Below are positions 38,301 to 50,471 of a DNA stretch of 64,000 nt, piece by piece (position 1 is the stretch's first letter; every line of letters starts with the position of its first letter). The notes beneath the pieces are model-generated. The model saw only the letters and a program-made list of their open reading frames with translations, ran no database searches and had not been told where the DNA came from. A program made the translations under genes and the position numbers. The stretch covers positions 186,001 to 250,000 of the forward strand of contig JANJGN010000544.1 in NCBI GenBank assembly GCA_026770705.1, read 5' to 3'. The DNA is from Isurus oxyrinchus (Eukaryota).

Positions 38301-41300
38301 CAGAATGTATTGCAGTGATTACCAATACAAGACCTGAATTGATATAAACTGAGATACAGACTATTCCAGCCATTACCAAGACAAGGTCTGTATTAATATA
38401 AACTGAGTTAGGGTCTACTTCAGTGATCACTGATTCAAGGTATTAAGTAATAACAACACAGATAGGGTCTGTTGCAGTGCAACAATGTATGGATTGAAGT
38501 AAACTGAGTCAGGGTCTTTTACACTGATTACTGAGACAAGGTCTGTGTTAATGTAAAGTGAGACAGGGTCACTAACATTGTTTGCTGATACAAGGTATGG
38601 ATTAATTTCAACTGAGGCAAGGCCTATTACAGTGATCATTGATACAGGGTATCTATTTACATAAACTGAGACAGGGTTTATTACAGTGACTACTGATACA
38701 AGTTATGGATTCATAACAACTGAGACAGGGTCTATTGCAGTGATTACTAATGCTGGTTATGAGGATAATATATACTGAGACAGAGTGTATTACAATGATT
38801 ACTGATACATAGTATGTATTAAGATTAGCAGAGACATGTTCTATTACAGTGATTACCAACACAAGGCCTGTATTGATATAAACTGAGCCACAGTCTACTT
38901 CAGTGGTCACTGATACAATGCATTGATTAATATCAACAGAGACCGGGTCTGTTACAGTGATTACTGTTACAATGTATGGATTGAAATAAACCGAAAGAGC
39001 ATCTTACACAGTGACTAATGATAAAATGTCTGTATTAATATAAATGGAGATAGGGTCTCTTTTAGTGGTTACTGATACAAGGCATGGATTAACATCAATT
39101 GAGGTAGGGTCAGTAATTACTAATACAGGACCTAGATTAATATAAACTGAGGTAAGGCCTATATCAATGATTACTTTTACAATATATGGATTACAATAGA
39201 TGTACAAAGGGTCTATTTCACTGATTACTGTACATGGCCTGTATTAATATAAACTGAGGCAGGGTCTCTTTCAGTGTTTACTGATACAAGGTATGGATTA
39301 ATATCAATTGAGGCAGGGTCCATTACAGTGGTTACTGATACAAGGCATGGGTTAATATAATATGAGACAGAGTCTATTACAGTGAAAAAACTCAGCAGGT
39401 CTGGCAACATCGGCGGAGAAGAAAAGAGTTGACACTTCGAGTCCTCATGACCCTTCAACAGAACTGGCGAATCCTAGGATCATCTTTCCATGAGGACTCG
39501 AAACATCAACGCTTTTCTTCTCTGCCGATGCTGCCAGACCTGCTGAGTTTTTCTAGGTAATTCTGTTTTTGTTTTGGATTTCCAGCATCCGCAGTTTTTT
39601 GTTTTTATCTATTACAGTACTTACTGATACAAGGTCTGGGCTGGTCTAAATTGAGACAGGGTGTATTACTGCGACTACTGATACATGGTCTGAATTGATA
39701 TAATCTGATACTGGGTGTAGTACAGTAATTTCTGATGCAGGGCCTAGGTTAATATACACTGAGACAGGGTTCATTACATTGAACACTGATACAAGGTCTG
39801 TGTTAATATAAGGTAAGGCAGAATCACTTTCAGTGATTGCTGATAAAATGTATGGATTAATATCAAGTGAGGCAAGGTCTCTTTCAGTGGTTACTGATGC
39901 AACATATGGATTAATAGCAACTGATGCAGGGTCTATCACAGTGATTACTGATACAGGGTCTAGATTAATATAAACTGAGACAGGTTCTGTTACAGTGTTA
40001 ATGATGCAAGGTCTGGACTGGTGTAAACTGAGACAGCATGTTTTATAGTGAATACTGCCAGAGGGTCTGTATTGATATAATCTGAAACTCGGTACAGTAC
40101 AATGATCACTGATACAGGTTCTGGATTAATATAAACTGAGACTGGGTCTAGTACAATAATTACTGATACAGTTCTGGATTAATATAAACTGAGACTGGGT
40201 CTAGTACAGTGATTACTGATACATGGTATGGATTAAGATAAACTGGAAAGGATCAATTAATGTGGTTACCGACATAAGGCCTGCATTAATATAAACTGAG
40301 AATGGGTCAATTACATTAATTAATGATACAGGGCCTAGATTAATATAAACTGAGACAGGCTCAGTTACAGTGATTACTGATAAATGGTGTCAATTAATTT
40401 AAGCTTACACAGAGTCTATTACAATGATTACTGATACAGGTTGCAGGTTATTATAAACTGAGACAAGGCCTATTGAATTGATTACCAGTACAATATCTGC
40501 ATTAATATAAACAGCGACAGTGTCAGTTCAAGTGAATACTGATACAAGGCATGGATTAATATAAATGGAGACAGTGTGTATTACTGTGAATACTGATACA
40601 GGTTATGGGTTAATATAAACTGAGACAGGCTCTATTACAGCATTCACCAATACAATATCTGTGAATATATAAACTGAGAAAGGGTATTTTGCAGTGATTA
40701 TTGATTCAAGGCATGGATTAATATAAACTGAGACTGGGTCTATTATAGTGATTGCTGATACATGGTATTGATTAACATAAATTGAGACAGGGTCTATTAC
40801 AGTGATAACCAATACATGGTCTGGGCTGATATTAACTGAGACAGGGTCTATTCCAGTGATTAACAAGACAAGGTCTATATTGATATAAAGTGTGTCAGGG
40901 TTGTTACAGGGATTACTGATACAAGGTATTGATTACTATCAACTGAGGCAGGGTCTCTTATGGTGATTACTAATACAAGGTTTGTATTAATAAAAACTGA
41001 GACAGGGTCTCTTTCAGTGCTTACTGTTATAAGACATTGGTTAATATAAACGGAGACAGTATGTATTATAGTGAATACTGAAACAGGTTATGGGTTATTA
41101 TAAACTGAGACAGCCTCTATTACAGAAATTACCAATAAAATATCTGTATTTATATAAATTGAGAAAGGGTATTTTGCAGTGGTTATTGATACAAGGCATG
41201 GATTAACATAAACTGAGACAGGTTCTATTACAGTGATTACCAATACATGGTCTATATTGATATAAAGAGTGCCAGGGTGTTTACAGGGATGACTGATACA

Positions 41301-42130
41301 AGGTATTGATTACTATCAACTGAGACAGGGTCCCTTACAGTGATTACTAATACAAGGTTTGTATAATATAAACTGAGACGGTCTCTTTCAGTGCTTACTG
41401 ATACAAAACATGGATTAATATAAACTGAGGCAATCTGTATTACAGTGAATACTGAAATAGGTTATTGGTTAATATAATTTGAGACAGGCTCTATTATAGC
41501 ATTCACCAATACAATGTCTGTATTTATATAAACCTAGAAAGGGTTTTTACAGTGAATGTTGATACAATGCATGGATTAATATAAACTGAGACTGGTTGTA
41601 TTAAAGTGATTACTGATGCATGGTATTGATTAACATAAACTGAGACAGGGTCTATTACATTGATTACCAATACATGGTCTGGGCTGATATTAACTGAGAC
41701 AGGGTCTATACCAGTGATTGACAAGACAAGGTCTATATTGATATAAAGTGTGTCAGGGTTTTTACAGGGATTACTGATACAAGGTATTGATTACTATCAA
41801 CTGAGACAGGGTCTCTTACAGTGATTGCTAATACAGGGTTTGTATTAATATAAACTGAGACAGGGTCTCTTTCAGTGGTTACTGATACAAGATATTGATA
41901 ATATCCACTTAGGCAGGGTTTATTACAGTGATTACTGATACAAAGCCTGTATTCATATAAAGAGACGGAGGGTCTAGTGCAGGAATTACTGGTAAACGGC
42001 CTAGATTAATATCAACTGTTACAGAACAGGATTACTGCTACTGGGCCCAATTTAATAAAACTGAAGCAGGGCATAAAGCAATAATCTCTGACACAGCACC
42101 GAGTCTAAGTCAACCAGGGATAAATCTCGT
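32395..42130 (+). repeat. Satellite with 54-bp monomer (2 x 27 bp), roughly 175 copies
   Basis: Consensus TTAATATAAACTGAGACAGGGTCTATT-ACAGTGATTACTGATACAGGGTCTAGA. The halves share ACTGA(G/T)ACAGGGTCTA. Confidence 0.95.
39384..39607. mobile_element. Penelope-like hairpin element with 11-bp target-site duplication, inserted in the satellite
   Basis: ~64-bp inverted arms at 39386-39449 and 39489-39552. TCTATTACAGT flanks both sides (39373-39383, 39608-39618). Contains a hammerhead-like core. Confidence 0.7.
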
Positions 42131-42763
42131 GTGGAAGCAATTGATGCAGCTCTTTGTGGAGTATTGAGAGGGACAGAGAGTAATGCAGTTATAATTAATA
42201 CATAAACTAGTGTAATATACAGAGAGATAGGGTTTAGTGTTACATCATTAGAAACATCTTATAGCGCAATATAATAAGTGTATTAATATCGAATTGACAT
42301 AAGCCCCAGCATCACTGATCCATTTGCCAGTGGAACAGCTTCTCCCTAAATATTCAAAAACATCCCTCACACATTGGACCATTTCTGATAAACCTATCCT
42401 AAGATTCTCGTTGATGAGGAGAGCAATCCCAGTTTTTTGTTGTGCAGAGAGTGAGGGGCAGTGCAAACTTAAGTTCCAGGAAATCCTCTGTCTTGTTACT
42501 TCGAAATTGGCATTTAACAATCGTTGACACTGTTATATGGGGCCAATGGAAATAAAGTGCACTGTTACAACAGGGTCAGGCTAAGATACCGGGCTACAAG
42601 GCAACGGATCCCTTACAACTAAATTGATGTGTGTAAGACTGGAGCCTGCTCCTGAACTTTATATACATAGAACCAAATGCTATAATTTCAAAATAGCAAT
42701 TGCAACATGTCCAGTGCCTTGCATTAGTGGCTCTCCTACATGGACGGTAACCACTACTGAACT

Positions 42764-42860
42764 AAAAACAAAAAGTGCTGTAAAGACGCAGCAGGCCTGG
42801 CAGGGTCTGAGGAGAGAGAAACAGAGTTAACGTTTCGATTCCATATGAATTTATGCAGAG
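42764..42860 (-). mobile_element. Penelope-like terminal fragment
   Basis: Minus strand catatggaatcgaaacgttaactctgtttctctctcc...ctgccagg.ctgctg, the same family as 39384 and 62803. Confidence 0.6.
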
Positions 42861-42904
42861 CCACAACTGCAGGTTTGAAGCATGGTCAGTGGAATGATCA
42901 TTCA

Positions 42905-43390
42905 GATGTGGCGATGGTAATGTCATCTCAGTCTTAGGGATCGAGGTAATTCACTGGGCTGGTAATACAGAGAAGATCAGAAATGCTTCAGAGACATGAT
43001 TTAAACCCCACGACGGCAGCTGGCGGGATTTCCATTCATTTAATTCATTAAAACCGAAACTGGAATAAAATTACTCATTGCATTAAGAATCGAACCTAAT
43101 TGTCATGAAGTTGCAGCTGGTTCACTGATGTGATTCGGGGACGAACTCTTACCAGCCTGGCCGACGTGAGGCTGCAGCCCCACAACAACTTGGTTGAATC
43201 TTAACGGCCCTTGGAATGGTCCAGAAGGCCATTTAGTTGGGTCAAAGCACTTCTTGGAAAGTCAAATAAGAGGCGCACGGCACAAACGTCAGCTGTTCAA
43301 GATGTCGGCTCCCCGCCACCTTCTCAAGGGTACTTGTGGATGGACAGTTAAGGCTGGCGTTGCTTTCGACGTTCACAACAAAAGAACAAA
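42905..43390 (+). mobile_element. Old tRNA-derived SINE plus family-B-like tail
   Basis: Diverged copy of 13305-13685. Confidence 0.55.
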
Positions 43391-43544
43391 TATAAACAAC
43401 GGTCAAAGCTTTGTAAACTATTACGGATGCTCTCAATGTAAAATAAGGCCACAAAATCTGGAAATACTCAGCATCATTCTCCGCTGACACTATTTTACAC
43501 TAGGGGTATCCTAGACCAATACCTAATGCGCAAGTAACATCACT

Positions 43545-43730
43545 AATAAACAGGTGATCTGGGCTTTTATTACATCTCTGTTGGTGGGAGCTTCCTGTGC
43601 ACAAATTGCCTCCTGTAGTTCTAACATGACACAAGAGATTATAATTCGAAATAAGTTACATCAATGAGGTTAATGAGATATGTGATTTGGGACCTCCTGA
43701 GATGGTGAAATGTGCTATATAAACACCGAG
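43545..43730 (+). mobile_element. L2/DeuSINE-type 3' tail
   Basis: gtgggagctt.ctgtgcacaaattg...tttgggacctcctgag.tggtgaaa.gtgctatataaa. Confidence 0.55.
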
Positions 43731-44599
43731 TTTTTACTAAAAGTGAACATGTCAAAACATATATGGTTATGTGTTAGAAAGTCTGAGAAGAATGTGATTA
43801 AAGGTCATTTCTCTGTTCATTATTTAAACATGTTTATGTGAAAGGGGTTAATCCTTTCACCAATCGATATTCAGTATAATATTAGGCTGCTCAGAAATGT
43901 TTAATTGATTTAAGCAGCAGAATTTCCAGAAACATTTTTTCTTAAATTTAATGGCTTCTATTGTTTAAAATAAGTAACATCTGTACCAATTGGTTTTCTG
44001 AAAATTGTGTTCAATTCTTATACCATCTGTGAATATTCTTAAAATAAACTTGTTTTGAGCTGAACATAATCATTAAGTGACTGTTGATCTGATTCTGCTG
44101 CCATGAACACCACATTGCAACTAGTGAGGCGGTTATGTAAATAAACACAGAAATCGACACCTCAGAATAGAACATTGAGCGTCGGAAATACAATAGATGT
44201 TTCCCCACCAACAGAACATAGAAATAACAACAGAGAGAAATGCAAATCACACAAAGGATTCCATAATGATTGATATTTGGAAGATTTCTATAAGTTATGA
44301 GATAACAACATAAAGATGTTTTTTGTGTTCAAAACTGGCGAAGCGTCCTTTGATCCGGTATACCGAAGCATTGAAAATGTGTTTGCGGAGTTTCCTGCAT
44401 TCTATTCCGCTCAGTCTCCCTTTCTCCCCTATCCCGGGCGTGTCTGGCCTCTCATTAATCTGTCAGCGTCTGTAACTCATAACGTGAAGTCAGTATCTTA
44501 CCAAAGATTAATCTCACCCCTATTCTTTGACTTTTAACGAAATAGATGGCTGTTCGCAGAAGGAACTTAACTCTAAAATGTTTCTGGTTCACTCAACAA

Positions 44600-44925
44600 C
44601 ATGGGAGTATTTAATGGGACAATCTATAGGGAGCACTCCTCTGCAAATTAACATTCCTATGCCTTCCTGTGAATGGTATATGGGAAATTGTAGAGGGATC
44701 TTTTTTCTGCATCTGATACTGCTGTACCATTCTTGGGAGCATTCGATCGAATCATGTAGAGGGACCTTTGTCTATCCAGCGCTATACATGTCCTGAGAAT
44801 GTTTGGTGGGGTAGTTTAGAGAGACCTTTACTCTGCCTCACCCCGGAATTTACCAATGTAGAGGTAGCTTTACTCTGCATCTGAACTGTCCCGTGTCTAT
44901 CCTTAGGAGTGTCTAATGGTGTTGG
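44600..44925 (+). repeat. Degenerate ~60-70-bp tandem repeat (gtagaggga.ctttactctg.atct...ctgggag.gtttg.tggg)
   Basis: Recurrent gtagaggg / tttactctg / cctgggag blocks. Probably a SINE-tail-derived array. Confidence 0.6.
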
Positions 44926-45439
44926 ACTCAGTGCATGAAATGGTGTTCTAGACCGAATCCCTCAACACATGTCAAAATATATTTGGATGTTCACTTGAAG
45001 TACTGTAGCCCCAAGGGCCCTGGCACAAAGCTAGGAAGTGGGCTATGACTTGATAGATCATTTCAGGCCATTATGGTTAGGGGGTGTGCAATGGCCTATT
45101 TCTGTGCTGCACAAATCTAAGAGTTTCAGATGCTATGAAGTGTGTTGAGGTCTCAAAGTATACAGAGGAAGGTAACCAGTTTGTTAACAAGGATCAGGGT
45201 CTTTAGTAACAACAATAAATTGGACAAATTGGCAGCATTCTGCTTGTGATAAAGAAGATTAAGCAGAAACCTAAACGCTTTTTCCAAGTTGATGAGAAGT
45301 TTTGAGAGAATTAGCAGAGAACACCAATTCCTTCTGTTCATTGTGTCAATATCCAGTGATCATAGCTTCAAGAAAAATATATATATTGGCAGATTTGTAA
45401 AAGGGCGATGAGGAGAAATGTTTCGCTAGCAACTGGTTC

Positions 45440-48020
45440 CCTTTATATTACACCAGATCCTGCCTCAATTATTACTCTTTGAGTTCAAGTCACAGTTTTA
45501 GTTTTGCTGAAACCTGTGAAATTTATGGATGCATAATCTGGTATTTGTATTTTTATTACACTAGGCTCTGACACAATTAACTCTGTGCTAATCAAGCCTC
45601 TGTTTCAGGCCGGCCCCCGAATCAGTTATTATTACATTAGAGCATTTTGCTATTTATATTATATAACGCTCTGTTTCAGTTATTAGTGAACCATACACCG
45701 TGTCTCTATATGTTGCACTCGACCACGTCTCAGTTATTACTATACTAGAACATGTATGTGTTAATATTACCCTGGATCCTGTCTCTGTTGTTACTGCACT
45801 GGAACCTGTCTCCATTTATAATGTTTTACATTATTGTTTCTGTTAAAATTGCACTGGAAAATATATCTCTTTATATTTTACAGTGGGCCCTTTCTCAGTT
45901 ATTACTGCCCTATACCATGTTTCTGTTAAGCTAACACTTTACCCACGCCAGTAAACATTGAATTGTATCATGGCAAACGTATTGGAAACTGGTGAGGAAA
46001 TAGTGAAGTTAACGCGCAGCACAAAACAATGGAAACAGAAACATTTTTTTTAATTGAATTTCATTGAGAGTGGAAAGTGTTACATTCCATTCCAAGTGAG
46101 AGAATTACAGATTTATTATGCTCACGTCAGGTAGAGGTACAGTTGCATTTTCACCGCCTCTTGCACAGATCATCACACACTCCAGTGACGCACAAATGAT
46201 CACTTGTCAACAAACAGAGAGAATGGTGGGTAGATGTCCTTTATTCACCATGTGATTTAATCCACTTTCAAACTGAATTCTGAGCGCAGCTAAACTCACT
46301 TTGGAATCTAAATAGGCATTTTCCACACAAGAGCTCGAAAAAGACGTCAGCATCAAGAAATGTTAACGATAATAGATGATCTGAAATTGCTGGATGGATG
46401 GTTCGAAATATAGATAGATAGACTGACCGCCAAACAGACAGGTACACAGCTAGATGGGTTGACAGATAGAGAGACTGAGATACACAACATCTAGCGTAAT
46501 ATAGACAGTTTAATGCTAAATAACCTTTTCGGTGGCTCGTATGATACAAACAGGGAGATGGTCTTGTATAATGTGAAGAGATGTATGCATCAGTTCAATT
46601 ACTTACTCCAACAGGGCCTAGTGTAAAACATGAATTGAGACTAGGTCTTTTGCACTGCGATCTGAGACAGAGTCCTGTGTAATTTAAAGGAAGGCATGAC
46701 CCAGTCATTACGTATCAACACCTTTCATGGTCTTAAATACCTCGATCAAAGCCCCTCTTAACATCTTCTATTCTAAGGAAAACGATTCAAGATCTTCAAG
46801 GTCTATTAACATTCGGATCAATCTCCTCTTCATCCTCTCTGCGACCTTCAAATGCTTTATAAAACAGAGTTCCTGGAATAATTATGTACAATATACATGG
46901 AAACACAGTAGGGAGTACTTTAACAAATGTTGTTTTTAATCATTCACTAGGCTGAAGTATTTATTTCTCTCTATTCATCCAGGAGATGTGAGCGTCTCTG
47001 ACACGGCCAGCATTTCCCCCATGCTCCGCTGTCCTGGAACTGAATATCTGGCTAGACATTTTTAGAGTCGGAGGATAGTTAGGAGTGAACCACGTGCTGT
47101 GGGCCTGGAGTCACATTTAGGCCAGACTGGGGAAGGATGCATATTTACTTCACCGAATGTTCATTACTGAACCAGATGCGTTTATAGCAATGAAAATTGT
47201 AACGATCCAGTTCCATTTCCATTTTTTTATTCATTCATGGGATTTGTGCGATTCCAGCTGAACCAACATTCAATAGCCAAACACAATTGCCCTTGAGAGG
47301 GTGTTAGTGAGCAAACCGCTTGTACTGCTGCAGTCCACGTGCTGTAGGGACACCCACAGTGCTTCTAGGAAGGGAGTTGTATGATTTGGACCCAAGGATA
47401 GTGAAGAAACAGGGACTTTCCATTGTTGTTGCTGTGCTTCTGCTGCCCTTGTTGCCCGGAGAATTGGGGAATATTCCACCACACTCCTGACATGTGCCTT
47501 GTAGTTTGTGGACAGGTATTTGCAGAATTCCCAGCTTCCGAACGGCTCTTGTCTCAATCGCATTTAAATTTCGCCAGCTGCTGTGGTGGGATTTGAATCC
47601 ATGTCCCCAGAAGATGAGCCTGGGCCTCTGGGCTAGTGATGAGTACTTGGGACGTCATAACTTTCAAGGCTATGGGCCAAGTGCTGGTAAATGTGATTAG
47701 GTAGGTAGGTCAGGTGTTTCTCACGTGCCGGTGCAGACTCGATGGGCCGAAGGGCCTCTTCTGCACTGTGAGTCTGTGAATCTGTGGCAGAGCTACAGCC
47801 AGGTCGTGCCTGACTTAGGATCCAGTGTAATGTAACCAGAGATAGGGCCTGGTATAATTTAAATGGTAAGTTGCTCCAATGCAGTAATAACTGAAACAGA
47901 GCCTGGTTAAAATAAACTTAAACATGGTCCAGTACGTTAAAAACAGGGACAAGTTCTATGAAATATAAACATAAACAGTATAGCGCATCAATAACTGAGA
48001 AACCGCCTTATGTAACACAA
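45440..48020. repeat. Composite inverted repeat, copy 3 (core inverted relative to copies 1 and 2), interrupted by CR1, SINE and family B pieces at 46705-47790
   Basis: Array at 45440-45940. Reverse complement of 46120-46180 (gtgtgatgatctgtgcaag...ctgtacctctacctgacgtga) matches 5605-5665. Opposite-sense arrays at 46590-46700 and 47820-48020. Confidence 0.55.
47660..47790 (+). mobile_element. CR1 (HER1/HE1-like) 3' tail
   Basis: ggtgcagactcgatgggccgaagggcctcttctgcactgt, typical of elasmobranch CR1/HE1 tails. Confidence 0.75.
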
Positions 48021-48529
48021 ACAGATATTATATGAGGTCAAATTTCAACAAAGCTTTTTGGAATTTAAACGTAGTTAATTTTGTACATCTGAACTATTAA
48101 AAGTGCCCTCAATATCAGTAATAGGAAACGTGCATCTCCCACACTCATCAAAACACAGCTGACATATAAAGGTACGTTTCGGAAATACGGAATACGGAAT
48201 ACGGAAGTACGTTTCGGAAACCGCCTCCCCGCCCCCCCCCCCCCCCCCCCCCCCCCCAACCTTACATGTTTTTTTCCCAAAGGGACTCCAGATGAAGAGC
48301 AAGGTGGTTAACTTTGAATTTCCCTCTAAACATTCTCAGTGTGCAGTCATTTTTATTAAACGGCCACGAGAATCAGCAACCTGAGCACAGTCAGTAAAGC
48401 CAGATGGCATCAACCGAGGCACAGGCAAAGACACAGGCAGTCCAATTAACTGTATAAAATTCTCTGAACGATCTTCTGTGGACATCTCCCACAGCTGAGA
48501 AACACGGAACGCAGGCTAGCGGAAACACA

Positions 48530-49312
48530 AGAAGAACAACAACAAAGAACAAAGAAAAGTACAGCACAGGAACAGGCCCTTCAGCCCTCCAAGCCTGCAC
48601 CGATCATATTGCCCGTCAACTAAAACATTTTGCACTTCCGGGGTCCGTATCCCTCTTTTCCCATTCTATTCACGTATTTGTCAAGCTGCCTCTTAAACAC
48701 CACTATCGTACCTGTTTCCACCACCTCCTCTGGCAGCGAATTCCCGACACTCACTACCCTCTGTGTAAAAAACTTGCCCCACACATCTCCTCTATAGTTT
48801 TCTCCTCTCATCTTAAATCTATGTCCCCTAGTAATTGAATCTCCCACCCTGGGAAAAAGCTTCTGACTATTTACTCTGTCCATGTCACTCATAATTTTGT
48901 AAACTTCTATCAAGCCGCCCCTCAATCTCAGTCCCTCCAGTCAGAACAATCAGAGTTTCTCCAACCTCTCCTCATACCTAATAACCTTCAGACCAGGCAG
49001 CATCCTGGTAAACCTCCTCTGCACCCTCTCCAATGCCTCCATATCCTTCTGGTAATGTGGCGACCAGAATTGCACGCAATATTCCAAGTGTAGTCTAACC
49101 AAGGTTCTATACAGCTGCAGCATGAATTCCCAGCTTTTATACTCAATACCGCTGCCAATGAAGGCAAGCTTGCCATATGCCTTCCTGACTACCTTATCCA
49201 CCTGCGTTGCCACTTTCAGTGACCTGTGCACCTGTACACCCAGATCCCTCTGCCTGTCGATGCACTGAAGGGTTCTGCCATTTACTGTATAATTCCTACC
49301 TGTATTAGACCT
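48530..49312 (-). mobile_element. Relatively young 5'-truncated CR1 LINE
   Basis: Well-preserved ORFs 48950-49231 (LYRTLVRLHLEYCVQFWSP) and 48620-48925, plus the tail. Confidence 0.92.
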
Positions 49313-49324
49313 TAAAAACTAAAC

Positions 49325-50438
49325 ACCCGCCTGACATAGTCATGCTCAATGTTTATACCTTCCAATCAATATCCCCACGCCTGATTGACCCACCAGTGAT
49401 GGCGGGATATTAGTCGGGAACGAGTGCCCCTGGGGGTCCTCAGGATTGACTCCAGGAGTCATGAATTTTCCTGGCATCAGAGCAGGCAACAGTGGAAAAT
49501 CTCCTTTCTAATTCGAGTTATTCCCCTACCTCAACTAATGAATCAGCGCGTCTCCACGTTGAACACAATTCTGGTGAAACCCTGAGAGCAGAAAAGGAAA
49601 TGGAACTTCAATGCCCATCAGCAAGAATGGCTCGATACCAATACTGACTGAGCTGGCCGAGTCACGAAGGACATATCTACCAGACCGTGCCCCTGGAAGG
49701 TGTTGAGAGAACACAAGGAGAAAACTTACTTGAGACGGCGCTCATTACTCTACCTGGCACAGATTCATCTCTCCATGTCAGTACTGATGGGAGTGTCCAC
49801 CGCACTTTCCTTTTGGATACAAAGACCCATCTTCAGACTGAGAGCACGAACCGCGATGTTGTGTGGCATAATCATCGTGCTAAATGCGATAGATTTGGAG
49901 AATATTTGGCAATTAAAACCGTGCATCAGTGAGGCCGTTAGCTTGAGCAACATTCTCATCCCCCCACAATATGCACGTCATGGGATGTATAACCCTCACT
50001 CTACCATTAGGATGAAGCCAGGGGATCAACGGTTGTTCAGTGATGAATTTAGAGGAACAGGCCAGGTGCAGCAACAAGAAGATCTAAACATGGGGCATCA
50101 GCCTGATCAAGCTGTAACATGGTGAAAAATTGCTGAACAGACCCAATGTGGCCCATTGACCCTCAATCATTGTACTCTCAGCCAGCAGCAACCTGATGGA
50201 AGGTGTCATTGACGGAGCAATCAAACAGCAGCTCATCAGCAACAAGCTGCTCAACAATGCTCAGTTTAGGCTTCACAAGGGCCTTTCAGTTCCCGACTAC
50301 ATCACGTTGTTGATTTGAACAAAGGCAAACAGCTAAACTTCTAATATGAGAGTGAATGTCCTTGACATCAAGGTAGCAGTTGACAGATTGTGGCACCAAG
50401 GATCATTAGCAACATTGAAGTCAATGAGAATCGTGGGG

Positions 50439-50471
<33 letters not shown>

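Noticed and set aside
32395-42130. CRISPR-like array
   Set aside because: No constant repeat with unique spacers and no cas genes; this is a vertebrate tandem satellite.
32395-42130. Resemblance of CTGAGACAGGGTCTATTACAGTG to the V-gene EDTAVYYC coding sequence
   Set aside because: Needs several gaps over ~23 nt and is explained by the 27-bp dimer structure; cannot be distinguished from chance.
44240-44247. Perfect octamer ATGCAAAT
   Set aside because: 15 kb from VH with no adjacent leader; expected by chance in 64 kb of AT-rich DNA.
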